Shown piece by piece: positions 46,591 through 57,780 of a stretch of DNA of 64,000 bases. Position 1 is the stretch's first letter. Each line of letters begins with the position of its first letter. A model generated the notes under the pieces. That model saw nothing but the letters and a program-made list of their open reading frames with translations, did not search any database and had not been told where the DNA came from. The translations under genes were made by a program, and so were the position numbers. The DNA lies in NCBI GenBank assembly GCA_963779425.1, contig CAVZYD010000006.1, forward strand, positions 586,704 to 650,703, given 5' to 3'. This DNA is from an uncultured Acidimicrobiaceae bacterium. GTDB taxonomy: Bacteria; Actinomycetota; Acidimicrobiia; Acidimicrobiales; Bog-793.

Positions 46591-47625
46591 ATGATGAAGG
46601 CTCTCGTCAAGGCCAAGCCCGAGGCAGGCCTCAGTTACGAGGAAGTCCCGATCCCTTCCATCGGTCGGGGCGACGTGCTGATCAAGGTGTTGCGTACGGG
46701 TATTTGTGGAACGGACCTGCACATCTACTCCTGGGACGCCTGGGCGCAGGCGAATGTGCCGGTGCCGCTCGTCATCGGCCACGAGTTCGTCGGCCAGATC
46801 GTTGATCTCGGCGTAGACGTCGAGGAGCTCGCCACAGGCGACCTCGTGAGCGGCGAGGGCCACCTTGTCTGCGGGCGCTGTCGCAACTGCATCGCGGGCC
46901 GCCGCGTGCAATGCGCCCACACAAAGGGGATCGGGGTCAATTACCCCGGCGCTTTCGCCGAGTACATCGCGCTTCCGGCTTCGAACGTGTGGCGCCACAG
47001 GGATGACATCGACCTCGACGTGGCGGCGATCTTCGACCCCTTCGGCAATGCTGTCCACACCGCCCTCGCCTTCCCCGTCCTCGGCGAGGACGTGCTCATA
47101 ACCGGAGCCGGCCCGATCGGGATCATGGCGGCGATCGTGGCCCGCCACGCGGGGGCCCGTTTTGTGGTCGTCACCGACGTATCGCAGTACCGCCTCGAAC
47201 TAGCCCGATCTGTGGGCGTGACTCTTGCCGTCGACGTCGGGCAAATGACCCTCGCCGAGGCCATGAGCGAGCTCAAGATGGCCGAAGGCTTCGACGTCGG
47301 CTTCGAGATGTCCGGGCGCGCCTCGGCGTTTCAGGACATGCTTGCCGCCATGGCCCATGGCGGCAAGATCGCCATGTTGGGGCTGCCGAACGAGAACTTC
47401 GGCATCGACTGGTCGCACCTTGTCATGAACATGATCACGATCAAGGGCATCTACGGCCGGCAGATGTTCGAGACCTGGTACTGGATGTCGGTCCTCGTCC
47501 AGTCGGGCGTCGACATCTCCCCGGTCATCACCCATCGCTACGCCGCCACCGAGTTCGAGGAGGCGTTCGAGGTCATGGCTGACGGGCGCTGCGGCAAGGT
47601 CGTGCTCACCTGGTCCGAAGCCTGA
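46591..47625 (+). CDS. tdh: L-threonine 3-dehydrogenase
   Basis: [53 protein letters not shown]...[11 protein letters not shown]...[17 protein letters not shown]...[11 protein letters not shown] are the zinc-ADH Tdh signatures. The gene is followed by kbl. Confidence 0.9.
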   Translation: MMKALVKAKPEAGLSYEEVPIPSIGRGDVLIKVLRTGICGTDLHIYSWDAWAQANVPVPLVIGHEFVGQIVDLGVDVEELATGDLVSGEGHLVCGRCRNCIAGRRVQCAHTKGIGVNYPGAFAEYIALPASNVWRHRDDIDLDVAAIFDPFGNAVHTALAFPVLGEDVLITGAGPIGIMAAIVARHAGARFVVVTDVSQYRLELARSVGVTLAVDVGQMTLAEAMSELKMAEGFDVGFEMSGRASAFQDMLAAMAHGGKIAMLGLPNENFGIDWSHLVMNMITIKGIYGRQMFETWYWMSVLVQSGVDISPVITHRYAATEFEEAFEVMADGRCGKVVLTWSEA

Positions 47626-47638
47626 GAGGAGGTCCGCC

Positions 47639-48820
<1,182 letters not shown>

Positions 48821-48833
48821 AAGCCTTGGGACC

Positions 48834-49499
48834 ATGTACAACCCGACCAGGATCACGACACCCTCCAGGCACGCAGACAGGGTCAGCTATGACGCCGAAA
48901 GCGTGCACCAGATCCTCGACGAGGCGCTGATCTGCCATGTCGGCTTCATCGCCGAAGAACGTCCCCAGGTGCTGCCGATGCTCTTTGTCCGCATCGGCTC
49001 CACCGTGTTCGTCCACTCCTCGACCGGCGCCCAGATGGCGAAGATGGCGGCGCACCAAGCCGGCATCGAGGTCACCGTCGAGACCACCATTCTCGATGCG
49101 CTCGTCCTCGCCCGTTCGGCGTTCAATCATTCGGCGAACTACCGCTCGGTCGTCGTGCACGGGACGGCGACTTTGGTGCGCGACCCGCAGGCCAAGACGG
49201 AGATCCTCGAGGCTCTGATGGAAAAGTTCGTGCCCGGACGCAACCCGGAGGTACGAGGCCCGACGGAGGTCGAGTTGCGTCAGACCGCCGTTTTGGCCCT
49301 TCCCCTCGTGCATGTCTCGGCAAAGATCCGCTCCGGACCGCCGGTGGACGAGACCGAGGACATCTCCTTGCCGTACTGGGCTGGCACATGGCCCTTGAGG
49401 CTCGTGCACGGCACACCGGAGGCATCGCCTGACCTGAGTCCGGACATCGCTCTGCCGGCCCACCTGCACCCGGGCGAGGGGACCCGCGGAGCAGGCTGA
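48834..49499 (+). CDS. pyridoxamine 5'-phosphate oxidase-family FMN-binding protein
   Basis: ...SVHQILDEALICHVGFIAEERPQVLPMLFVRIGSTVFVHSS...SVVVHGTATLVRDPQAKTEILEALMEKFVPGR is the split-barrel Pyridox_ox_2-like pattern. Confidence 0.7.
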   Translation: MYNPTRITTPSRHADRVSYDAESVHQILDEALICHVGFIAEERPQVLPMLFVRIGSTVFVHSSTGAQMAKMAAHQAGIEVTVETTILDALVLARSAFNHSANYRSVVVHGTATLVRDPQAKTEILEALMEKFVPGRNPEVRGPTEVELRQTAVLALPLVHVSAKIRSGPPVDETEDISLPYWAGTWPLRLVHGTPEASPDLSPDIALPAHLHPGEGTRGAG

Positions 49500-49500
49500 G

Positions 49501-49947
49501 ATGCGAGCTGTCGTACAGCGGGCGGCCTGGGCCCGCGTGAGCGTGGCCGGGCAGGTCGTGGGCTCGCTCGACGGGCCGGGCTTTGTCGTGCTGGTGGGCG
49601 TGAGACACGGTGACGGTGAGCGCGAAGCCCTCGCCCTTGCCTCCAAGCTGTGGACCTTGCGGATCATGAGCGACGACGAGGGACACATGAACCGCTCCTT
49701 GGAAGAGGTCGGAGGCGGTCTGTTGGTGGTCAGCCAGTTCACCTTGTACGCGGACGCCTCCAAGGGCCGCCGCCCCTCCTTTGTCGACGCGGCGCCGGGC
49801 GAGGTCGCTGAGCCGCTCGTGGAGCGGGTCGTCGAGCACCTGCGCGAGCTCGGGGCCAAGGTCGCGACGGGCCGTTTCGGCGCTCACATGCTCCTCGAGA
49901 TCGGCAACGACGGCCCTCTAACGATCATCATCGACTCGGCCCGCTGA
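49501..49947 (+). CDS. dtd: D-aminoacyl-tRNA deacylase
   Basis: MRAVVQRAAWARVSVAGQVVGSLDGPGFVVLVGV...LLVVSQFTLYADASKGRRPSF...TGRFGAHMLLEIGNDGPLTIIID is the canonical Dtd, including the SQFTL and NDGP(V/L)T motifs. Confidence 0.9.
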   Translation: MRAVVQRAAWARVSVAGQVVGSLDGPGFVVLVGVRHGDGEREALALASKLWTLRIMSDDEGHMNRSLEEVGGGLLVVSQFTLYADASKGRRPSFVDAAPGEVAEPLVERVVEHLRELGAKVATGRFGAHMLLEIGNDGPLTIIIDSAR

Positions 49948-49973
49948 TCGACGCGATCTGACAAGCTCGCACC

Positions 49974-50942
49974 ATGCGTTATGTGATCCTCGGTGCCGGC
50001 GCCATAGGCGGTGCCATGGGCGGGCGGCTTTTCGAGAGCGGCCACGAGGTCGTGCTCGTCGCGAGAGGTGCCCATCAGGCGGCGATCTCCGGGCGTGGCC
50101 TGGAGCTGCGTGACCCGGACCGCAGCGTGACGCTTCGGATCCGGGCGGTCTCGAGCCCGGCCGAGGTCGGCTTCAAAGAGGGCGACGTCGCCGTCCTGGC
50201 GACCAAGACCCAGCAGAGCGAAGCGCTCCTTTTACAGCTCGCCGCCTGCGCGCCGGCAACCACGCCGGTCGTGTGTGCCCAAAACGGGGTCGCTAACGAA
50301 CCTCTGGCGCTGCGCCGTTTCTCGAACGTCCAGGCCATGCGGGTGTTCGTCTCGGCCACCCATCTCGAGCCGGGGGTCATCGAGATCCCCTTCGCGCCCT
50401 TGACGGGGCTGCTCGATCTCGGCCGTTACCCGACCGGGGTCGACGAGGTGAGCAAGCAGATGGCGGCGGATCTGAACGGGAGCACCTTCGACTCGATCGC
50501 CGACCCGAACGTCATGGCGCGTAAGTACCGCAAACTGGTCTCCAATCTCGGTAATGCCATCGAGGCCGCTTGCGGTCACCGCTCGGGCGAGGCCGCGGAG
50601 AAGCTGTTGCGGCTTGCCCAAGAAGAGGCCGCCCGCTGCTTTGAAGCGGCGGCGATCGAGGTCGCACCCCCAGAGTTCGATGCCGAGCGCAGGGCCGCCA
50701 TGGGGCCTTACCGTCTTGTCGGTGACCACGACCTGTCCGAGGGCTCTTCGTGGCAGAGCCTCGCTCGTCACACGGGCAACATCGAGGCCGACTGGCTGAA
50801 CGGTGAAATCGTGCTCCTCGGTCGTCTCCACGCCATCTCGACACCGGTGAACGAGCTGTTACGAGCGACGGCAAATCGCATGGCCGCAGAGGGGGCCGCC
50901 CCCGGATCGATCGCGGCCGAGGAGCTTCTCGCTCAGCTCTGA
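49974..50942 (+). CDS. ketopantoate reductase (PanE/ApbA) family oxidoreductase
   Basis: MRYVILGAGAIGGAMGGRLFESGHEVVLVARG is the N-terminal Rossmann motif. The ApbA_C-like C-terminal half contains ...KYRKLVSNLGNAIEA... Confidence 0.7.
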   Translation: MRYVILGAGAIGGAMGGRLFESGHEVVLVARGAHQAAISGRGLELRDPDRSVTLRIRAVSSPAEVGFKEGDVAVLATKTQQSEALLLQLAACAPATTPVVCAQNGVANEPLALRRFSNVQAMRVFVSATHLEPGVIEIPFAPLTGLLDLGRYPTGVDEVSKQMAADLNGSTFDSIADPNVMARKYRKLVSNLGNAIEAACGHRSGEAAEKLLRLAQEEAARCFEAAAIEVAPPEFDAERRAAMGPYRLVGDHDLSEGSSWQSLARHTGNIEADWLNGEIVLLGRLHAISTPVNELLRATANRMAAEGAAPGSIAAEELLAQL

Positions 50943-52108
50943 GCGGCTGCCACCAAAGAGCGAAGCTCGGCGGTGCGCTCGGCCGGCGTCACGCGCTCGA
51001 CGACTATGGCCTCGCTCGCCACCCAGGCGGCGGCCTCCACGAGCGCGGCCGTCACATGAGCGGCGGCATCGGGCGTGTCGAGGGAGACGTGCTTGGCGAG
51101 AAGTGTCGATCCGAGCCTGCCCGGGTCCACGAGGCCGACGAGGCGGTCGCCGCCGAGCACCGGCATCGAGAAGTAGCCGTGCACCCGCTTTGCCCGCGGT
51201 ACGTAAGCCTCCAGGCGGTGGCGGAAGCCGAAGAGCCTCTCGGTCCTCTCCCGGTACCAGGTGAGGCTGTCGAATGGGGAGACAAGCACGGACCGCCCCC
51301 TCATGCGCCGCCCCAGCAGGTCGAGCGCGCGCGGCGACACATAGGCCGGCTTGTTCCAGCCCTCGACCTTGGCGGGCATTAGGACCGTTTTTCGGACCAC
51401 TTGTTCGACCTGAGAGCCCTTGAGCCCGTGATAGGCGGCAAGGTCGTTTGTCGTGGCTACTCCCAAGGCGCCGCCCGCCGCCTCCACGAGCCGTATCTGG
51501 CAGTCCTCGTCGCCGAGCTCGAGTCCGAGAAGGTGGGCAGGGATGGCCCGCTCGGCGAGGTCATAGACGCGTTGGAAGCCCTTTCGTTGACGGCAGACGA
51601 GCTCGCCGATGTCCAAGAGCCATTCGGCAGCGATCTTGGTCTCGCTCCAGTCCCACCAGACGCCGCCCTTCTTGGCGCCCCCGAGCTCGCGGGCCGAGAG
51701 GGGCCCTTCTTTTCCGAGACGGTCGCGGACATATGCGCAGCTCTTGTCGGCGTCTTCGAGCCGGTGCCAGCGCCGGCCCCGCGCGAGGCGGGCCCGGCGC
51801 TGGGAGCCATAGACAGGCCAGTCCTCGAGCGGCACGATGCAGGCGGCGTGCGACCAGTACTCAAAGGTGGCGCTCGCCGGTCCCCAGAAGCCCTGTTCGA
51901 TCCGGTCGCGCCCGACAGGCCCGAGACGGGCGAAAGAGACGAGCTCATGGGACCGGGCGAGGACGGAGATCGTGTCGAGCTGCACCGCCCGAACTCGCTC
52001 GAGCATCGCCGGTGGTCCGCCTGTCATCCGCGGTCCGAGCAGACCTTGAGCGGCGAGGCAGACACGTCGCGCCTCGCGGGCGTTCAGTGAGACCGTGGTT
52101 TCGGGCAT
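50933..52108 (-). CDS. winged-helix DNA-binding / YcaQ-family (DUF1006) protein, putative interstrand-crosslink DNA glycosylase
   Basis: ...REARRVCLAAQGL...LERVRAVQLDTISVLARSHELVSFARL...FEYWSHAACIVPLEDWP...GYFSMPVL matches the YcaQ/AlkZ family pattern. Confidence 0.7.
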   Translation of the reverse strand: MPETTVSLNAREARRVCLAAQGLLGPRMTGGPPAMLERVRAVQLDTISVLARSHELVSFARLGPVGRDRIEQGFWGPASATFEYWSHAACIVPLEDWPVYGSQRRARLARGRRWHRLEDADKSCAYVRDRLGKEGPLSARELGGAKKGGVWWDWSETKIAAEWLLDIGELVCRQRKGFQRVYDLAERAIPAHLLGLELGDEDCQIRLVEAAGGALGVATTNDLAAYHGLKGSQVEQVVRKTVLMPAKVEGWNKPAYVSPRALDLLGRRMRGRSVLVSPFDSLTWYRERTERLFGFRHRLEAYVPRAKRVHGYFSMPVLGGDRLVGLVDPGRLGSTLLAKHVSLDTPDAAAHVTAALVEAAAWVASEAIVVERVTPAERTAELRSLVAAAQS

Positions 52109-52257
52109 CTCTCTTTCCTAGTCCGCCTTCCCGTGCGGCGCGGCGATCGAGATGAGAGCGCCGGCCCCACAGTCTGCCCGTCGGCCACAGCGCCCGGTCG
52201 GTCCCCGCCGGGCCGGCGATGCTGCGACGCACGGCCTTGAGTGCGAGGCTTCTCAGA

Positions 52258-52733
52258 TGGAACAGGCGCCTTATGAGATCCCGAGGATCCCGGCCTCGGC
52301 CGGGGCTCTCGTTTACGACAAGGCGGGCCGCCTGCTCGTGTTGAAGCCGACCTACAAGTCGGGCTGGACGATCCCCGGCGGACAGGTTGAGGCTGGCGGC
52401 GAGACGCCCTGGGAGGCCTGCCGGCGCGAGGCACGTGAGGAGAGCGGTGTCGAGATCACCGCCGGTCGGTTGGTATGTGTCGACTTCCTCCGTCCCAGCA
52501 GGGACCGTCCGGGGGGCATGCGCTATCTGTTCGATTGCGGTGAGCTCGATGACGAGCAGCTCGGGCGCGTCGAGGTGCAGCCCGGAGAGATCGCTGAATA
52601 CCGTTTCCTGCCTCTTGCCGAGGCGCTCGAGCTCTTGAGCGGTCCTCTGCGCCGGCGCGTTCGCGCCGGCGCCGGCGCCGAGCGATGCCGCTACCTCGAA
52701 GACGGCAGAGCGGTAAAGGGCGTGCTCGGTTGA
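52258..52733 (+). CDS. NUDIX hydrolase
   Basis: From ATG 52258. The Nudix box is GGQVEAGGETPWEACRREAREESGV (G-x5-E-x7-REx2EE-xG). Confidence 0.85.
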
Positions 52734-52745
52734 AGGCGGAGCCCG

Positions 52746-53735
52746 GTGGCGGTGACGCCCGCGCCGCGCTCGACGGCGGCGATCGGGGCAGAACTGGGCG
52801 AGCCTGCTCGCCGTGAGCTGTTGGCCCCGAGCTCTGCGCTCTCGGAGCGCTACAGAAGCCCCGGCGCCGACGCTTACAGCCGTCGCTTGTCGTCAGCCGA
52901 GCTGCGCGCCTATTTGGCAACCCGGGTCCCGGCCACGTTCGCGGCGACCCGGAGGGTGCTGTTCGAGGTGGCCTCGCTGCGGCCGGGCTTCTCGCCCCGG
53001 AGCCTGCTCGACTTGGGGGCGGGGCCGGGCACGGCGACTTGGGCGGCGGCCGACGTCTTCTCAGCGATCGAAAGAGCCGTCCTCGTAGAGCGCGGGCCGG
53101 ACGTGGCGGCCCTCGGAGCCCGCCTTTTCGACAGGGCCGTGAGCTGGCTCGGAGATGGTGTCGAGTGGGTGGTGGGCGATGTCGCCACCGTGAGCCTGCC
53201 CGAGAGCGACCTCGTCGTGGCGGCTTACCTCCTCGGCGAGCTCGGTCACGACCGCGAGCTGCCGGCACTCGAGCGGTGGTGGAGGGCGACGCGTGGAGAG
53301 CTGGTCATAGTCGAGCCCGGAACCCCAGCGGGATTCGAGCGGCTGCGGGCGGCGAGGAGCGCGCTCATCTCCTTCGGGGCACAGGTGACGGCGCCCTGTC
53401 CCCATGACCGGACTTGCCCCATGACTGCTCCGGACTGGTGCCACTTCGCCGTCCGCCTCGAGCGCTCGGCCCTGCACCGCGACCTCAAGGGGGCGCGCCT
53501 CGGCTACGAGGACGAAAAGTTCTCCTACGTGGCCGTCTCCTCGAGGCGGCCCCGGGAGGCCTCGGTCCGGCTGGTGCGCTCCCCCCGTCTTCACAAGGGC
53601 CACGCGCGGCTGGTGTGCTGCGAGGCGGACGGCCTCGTCGAGCGCGTCGTCAGCCGGCGCGACGGCGAGCTGTACAAGCAAGCCCGCGCCGCGCGCTGGG
53701 GCGACCGGATCGAGGTGGTGGTGCCGCCCGTATAA
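52746..53735 (+). CDS. Rsm22-family SAM-dependent methyltransferase
   Basis: ...YLATRVPATFAATRRVLFEV...SLLDLGAGPGTATWAA...VVAAYLLGEL...LVIVEPGTPAGFERL...CPHDRTCPM...WCHFAVRLERS is the Rsm22-like pattern with the C-terminal Cys cluster. Confidence 0.7.
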   Translation: MAVTPAPRSTAAIGAELGEPARRELLAPSSALSERYRSPGADAYSRRLSSAELRAYLATRVPATFAATRRVLFEVASLRPGFSPRSLLDLGAGPGTATWAAADVFSAIERAVLVERGPDVAALGARLFDRAVSWLGDGVEWVVGDVATVSLPESDLVVAAYLLGELGHDRELPALERWWRATRGELVIVEPGTPAGFERLRAARSALISFGAQVTAPCPHDRTCPMTAPDWCHFAVRLERSALHRDLKGARLGYEDEKFSYVAVSSRRPREASVRLVRSPRLHKGHARLVCCEADGLVERVVSRRDGELYKQARAARWGDRIEVVVPPV

Positions 53736-53751
53736 TGCTTGCTGGCAAGCA
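53731..53751 (+). promoter_or_regulatory. candidate -10 box plus inverted-repeat operator upstream of the marR-MFS operon
   Basis: A perfect TATAAT (53731-53736) is immediately followed by the palindrome TGCTTGC-TG-GCAAGCA (53736-53751). An RBS-like GGAAGG precedes ATG 53766. Confidence 0.45.
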
Positions 53752-53765
53752 AGTAGATTGGAAGG

Positions 53766-54296
53766 ATGAGCATTCAGGATCTGGCACGACGGGGCGGAAA
53801 GACCGGCGCGGCCGCGCCCGGTGACAAAAGACCGGAGGCGGTTGAGCTCAGTGCGGCACGTCTCCGCCTCGCCGTGGCGCGGCTCTCGCGGCGTCTGCGG
53901 CCGACCGCTGCCGCCGGAGCGCTCACGACGAGCGAGGTTGACGTCCTGCTCGCCGCGGAGCGTCGGGGCCCCGTGCGGCTGTCGGACCTGGCGAGCTTCG
54001 CCGGGCTCAACCCGACGATGCTCTCGCGTCTTGTTCCCAAGCTCGAAGCGGCCGGGCTCATCCGGCGCCTGCCCGATCCCGCAGACCGCCGCGTGTGTCG
54101 CGTGGAGGCGACGGGCGAGGGGCGGCGCCTGCTCGAAGCCGTCCGCTCCGAGCGCAACGACGCCCTCTCACGCCGGCTCTTGGAGCTGGGCCCGAAACAG
54201 CGTGCCGCCGTCGTGGCTGCGCTCCCGGTGCTCGAGGAACTGGCCGAGCGCCTCCAAGCCCCTGAAGGCGGCACCGCGGACGGCCCTTTTCGATGA
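53766..54296 (+). CDS. MarR-family transcriptional regulator
   Basis: ...LTTSEVDVLLAAERRGPVRLSDLASFAGLNPTMLSRLVPKLEAAGLIRRLPDPADRRVCRVEATGEG is the winged-helix MarR core. The stop overlaps the MFS start (ATGA). Confidence 0.85.
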   Translation: MSIQDLARRGGKTGAAAPGDKRPEAVELSAARLRLAVARLSRRLRPTAAAGALTTSEVDVLLAAERRGPVRLSDLASFAGLNPTMLSRLVPKLEAAGLIRRLPDPADRRVCRVEATGEGRRLLEAVRSERNDALSRRLLELGPKQRAAVVAALPVLEELAERLQAPEGGTADGPFR

Positions 54297-55600
54297 GCCG
54301 CCTGTTCGCGATCGGCCGGCGCACCTTCTCGGCCCTGTCGGTCCCCAACTTCAAGCGCTTTTTCTTCGGCCAGTCCATCTCGCTCATCGGCACCTGGATG
54401 CAGTCGGTGGCCCAGTCTTGGCTCGTGTACACCCTCACGCACTCCGCCACCGCGCTCGGCCTCGTCGTCGCCTTGCAGACCCTGCCCGTGCTCGTCCTCG
54501 GGCCGTATGCAGGGGTGATCGCCGACCGCGTCGACAAGCGCAGGCTGATGATCCTCCTGCAGTCGTTCATGGGCGTGCAGGCACTCGTGCTCGGGTTGCT
54601 CGCCGTCACCCATGCCGTGCGTTTCTGGCAGGTGTGCCTCCTCGCGGTCGTGCTCGGGTTCAACAACACCTTCGAGAACCCGGCCCGCCAGTCCTTCGTT
54701 CTCGAGATGGTCGGCGCCAAGCAGCTGCGCAACGCCGTCAGCCTCAACTCGACGATGGTCAACGCCGCCCGGGCGATCGGCCCGGCCGTCGCGGGCCTCC
54801 TCATCGCGACAGTTGGCGAAGGGGCGTGCTTCCTCGTCAATGCCGCCAGCTTCGTCGGCGTCGTCTACTCGCTCGCCTCCATGGACAAAGGCGCCCTCAG
54901 CCCGACGAAGCCGACGGGACGCCACAAGGGTCAACTACGTGACGGGTTGCGCTACGTCACGAAAGAGCCGCGCCTCGGCGTCCCCTTGCTGATGATGGCC
55001 TTCGTCGGGACGCTCGCCTACGAATTCCAGGTCACTTTGCCCGTTGTCGCGAAGCAGACCTTCCACGGGGGCTCGGCCACCTACGGATTTCTCACCGCTG
55101 CCATGGGCGCGGGGGCCGTCCTCGGGGGCCTGTTCACCGCCGCCCGCGGCCGCACCGGGCTGAGGCACCTGACCCTGGCCGCCTTGTTGTTCGGGCTGGC
55201 CATCGGTGCCGCGTCTCTGGCACCGGTGCTCGCCCTGGAATTCGCCGCCCTGGCGGCCGTCGGCTGGGCGAGCGTCACGTTCCTTGCTACGGGCAACACG
55301 ACCCTGCAGCTGCAAGCTGACCCGTCCATGCGGGGACGGGTCATGTCGCTGTGGGCGGTGGCTTTCATGGGCTCGACGCCTATAGGCGGTCCGCTCATCG
55401 GCTGGGTGGTCGCGTCCACGAGTGCCCGGATCGGCCTCGGCGTCGGCGGGCTCTCTTGTCTCTTGGCGGCGGGCATCGGGCTTGGCGCCATGTACAAGCT
55501 CGGATTGCTCGGTGGCCGGCGCCGTCATAGCGAGTCGGCGACAGACGGGCGACGGGACGACTCGGTCGCCGGCACCCCGGCAGGCTTCGGGCGCCGTTAA
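54293..55600 (+). CDS. MFS transporter (EntS/MFS_3-like efflux family)
   Basis: FKRFFFGQSISLIGTWMQSVAQSWLVY...GVIADRVDKRRLM... It has 12 predicted TM segments and is intact at 435 aa. Confidence 0.8.
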   Translation: MSRLFAIGRRTFSALSVPNFKRFFFGQSISLIGTWMQSVAQSWLVYTLTHSATALGLVVALQTLPVLVLGPYAGVIADRVDKRRLMILLQSFMGVQALVLGLLAVTHAVRFWQVCLLAVVLGFNNTFENPARQSFVLEMVGAKQLRNAVSLNSTMVNAARAIGPAVAGLLIATVGEGACFLVNAASFVGVVYSLASMDKGALSPTKPTGRHKGQLRDGLRYVTKEPRLGVPLLMMAFVGTLAYEFQVTLPVVAKQTFHGGSATYGFLTAAMGAGAVLGGLFTAARGRTGLRHLTLAALLFGLAIGAASLAPVLALEFAALAAVGWASVTFLATGNTTLQLQADPSMRGRVMSLWAVAFMGSTPIGGPLIGWVVASTSARIGLGVGGLSCLLAAGIGLGAMYKLGLLGGRRRHSESATDGRRDDSVAGTPAGFGRR

Positions 55601-56979
55601 GCGCTCTTCGCCGCCGCCGCGATGGCTGCCACCGAGCGGTCGACGTCCGCCTTTGTCGTGCGCCAGCTCGACACCGAGATGCGCATGAGACGTTGTCCGC
55701 GCCAGGTGGTTGCCCCCACCCAGCATTCTCCTGAGCGTTGCACGGCCTCTACGACGCGGTCGGTCCGTGCGTCGTCGCCGAAGCTCACGAGCACCTGGTT
55801 GAGCACGACCTCGTTGACGATCGTGACGCCTTCAAGTGAGCCGAGCTCGGAGGCGAAGCGACGGGCGAGGCTACAGCAACCTTCCACCAGGGCGGCGACG
55901 CCGTCTCGGCCGAGCTGGCGTAGGGCGGCCCAGGTGGCAAAGCCGCGCGCTCGGCGTGAGGACTCGGGCACGTAGTCGCCCGGCGCCCGGAGGCCGCCCT
56001 CACCTTGTCCGGTCAGATATGAGGCGACAACGGACATGGCGGACGCGTGGGCACGAGGATGGGCACAGAACACGTACCCGACGTCGTAAGGGACATTGAG
56101 CCACTTGTGGCCGTCGGTCGCCCACGAATCGGCCGTCTCGAGCCCCGCGGTGAGGTGCCGTGTGGCGGGGCTGGCCGCCGCCCACAGCCCGAAGGCGCCG
56201 TCGATGTGCACCCAGGCGCCGTGGTCGTGTGCCTTCGCGCCCGCCGCCGCGAAATCGTCGAAGGCTCCAGTGTTTACGTTGCCGGCCTGCAGGCAGACGA
56301 TCGTCGGGCCTTTGGCACCGCGCGCGAGGACACGGGCGAGATCGGAGAGGTCGATGGCGCCCTGGGCGTCGGTGGCGACCGGCTCGACCACTTGGGCGCC
56401 GAGCCCCAAAAGGCGCAGGGACCGGTCGATCGTGGCGTGGCGCTCGGCGTTGGCGACGACCCTCAGCGGCGGGGCACCGAGCAGTCCGCGCTGCTCGACA
56501 TCCCAGCCGAGAGCGTCCAGCACGTGGTGGCGTGCCGCGGCGAGGGCGACGGTATTTGCACCCTGGCCTCCCGTCACGAACCCGAACGAGGCCCCGGCCG
56601 GCAAACCGAGGAGCTCTTTCAGCCAGGTGCCCGCCACGTCTTCGACAACGGCGGCGGCGGGCGAGGTGAAGCGGTTGAAAGCGGGCTGGTCCCACCCGAC
56701 GGCGAGGATGTCGGCGGCCGTGGCGGCGTCGAGCGCCCCGCCGACGACGAAGCCGAAGTAGCGGGGCCCGGTGGTGGCCACGAGCGCCGGCTCCACCGCG
56801 CTCACGAGCTCGTCTATCACGCGCGCGGCCGGTGTCGAGCCTTCTGGCAGCGAACCGAGGGCTTCGCGCACCTTGTCGAGGTCGGTGTCGCTCGGGAACA
56901 CCGCCAGCTCGGCCCCCTTCTCACGGTGGTCGGCGGCGCGCCCGGCAGCATCTGTCAGAAGATCGCGGAGAGAGCCCAT
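55597..56979 (-). CDS. PLP-dependent decarboxylase (group II, aspartate aminotransferase fold)
   Basis: ...FGFVTGGQGANTVALAAAR...HIDGAFGLWA...SWATDGHKWLNVPYDVGYVF contains the PLP-lysine motif DxHKW typical of group II decarboxylases. Confidence 0.75.
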   Translation of the reverse strand: MGSLRDLLTDAAGRAADHREKGAELAVFPSDTDLDKVREALGSLPEGSTPAARVIDELVSAVEPALVATTGPRYFGFVVGGALDAATAADILAVGWDQPAFNRFTSPAAAVVEDVAGTWLKELLGLPAGASFGFVTGGQGANTVALAAARHHVLDALGWDVEQRGLLGAPPLRVVANAERHATIDRSLRLLGLGAQVVEPVATDAQGAIDLSDLARVLARGAKGPTIVCLQAGNVNTGAFDDFAAAGAKAHDHGAWVHIDGAFGLWAAASPATRHLTAGLETADSWATDGHKWLNVPYDVGYVFCAHPRAHASAMSVVASYLTGQGEGGLRAPGDYVPESSRRARGFATWAALRQLGRDGVAALVEGCCSLARRFASELGSLEGVTIVNEVVLNQVLVSFGDDARTDRVVEAVQRSGECWVGATTWRGQRLMRISVSSWRTTKADVDRSVAAIAAAAKSA

Positions 56980-57054
56980 GGGGCGATTATCGTCCTTCCG
57001 CCCATAGGCCGCTCACCGAGACAGGGCCGGGCCTAGTTGCCTAGGGTCGTATCT

Positions 57055-57717
57055 ATGGGCTCGGGGATGGAGGAGATCCATGACGGCGACACCCTCTGGC
57101 GGTTCGAGAGGGGCTTTCTCGAGTCGAACTGGGTCTGTTTGTGGGGACGGGGCTGTCTCGGGATCGGTCCGGAGCCGGCGGCCGACCTCGGTCTCGGCTG
57201 CTGCTCGGTCGGCGCGGAGCTCTGCGACGTGGACGAGGCCCGTCTGACGGCCGCTCTAGCGGCGACGCTCGATCCCGCCCGTTTCCAGCATCACGCCGAG
57301 GCGGCTGATGGTGGCATTTTCGGTGACGCCAATCGTCGCCACACCCGCGTTGTCGACGGAGCCTGCATCTTTTTGAACCGCCCGGGCTTCGCCGGCGGGG
57401 CGGGCTGCGCCTTGCACCTGGCGGCGTTCGACGCCGGTGAGTCTCCCGTCGACTGGAAGCCTTCTGTGTGCTGGCAGCTGCCCATAAGGGTGGACTGGGA
57501 GGCCAAGAGCGACGGCAGCGAGGTGGCGACGGTTCGCCGCTGGACACGGGCCGACTGGGGAGAGGAAGGCGAGGAGATGGCCTGGTGCTGTACAGAAGGC
57601 CCATTGGCCTACGTGGGCGACCGTCCGGTGATCGACTCGCTCGCGACAGAGCTGGAGGCGGTCGTCGGCACGGAGGTCTTCGTCGAGTTGCGCCGCCGCG
57701 TCCGCGCTGAGCAGTAG
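57055..57717 (+). CDS. conserved Cys-rich hypothetical protein
   Basis: ORF from ATG 57055 with multiple Cys pairs (WVCLWGRGCLG, LGCCSVG, GACIFLN, GCALH, MAWCC). It is consistent with a metal or Fe-S binding protein, but I cannot name a family. Confidence 0.45.
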   Translation: MGSGMEEIHDGDTLWRFERGFLESNWVCLWGRGCLGIGPEPAADLGLGCCSVGAELCDVDEARLTAALAATLDPARFQHHAEAADGGIFGDANRRHTRVVDGACIFLNRPGFAGGAGCALHLAAFDAGESPVDWKPSVCWQLPIRVDWEAKSDGSEVATVRRWTRADWGEEGEEMAWCCTEGPLAYVGDRPVIDSLATELEAVVGTEVFVELRRRVRAEQ

Positions 57718-57780
57718 AGGCGGCCACGGGTCGGCCCGCCAAAATGCGTGCCCCGGTGCTGTGTGGTGCAGGATGTGGTC

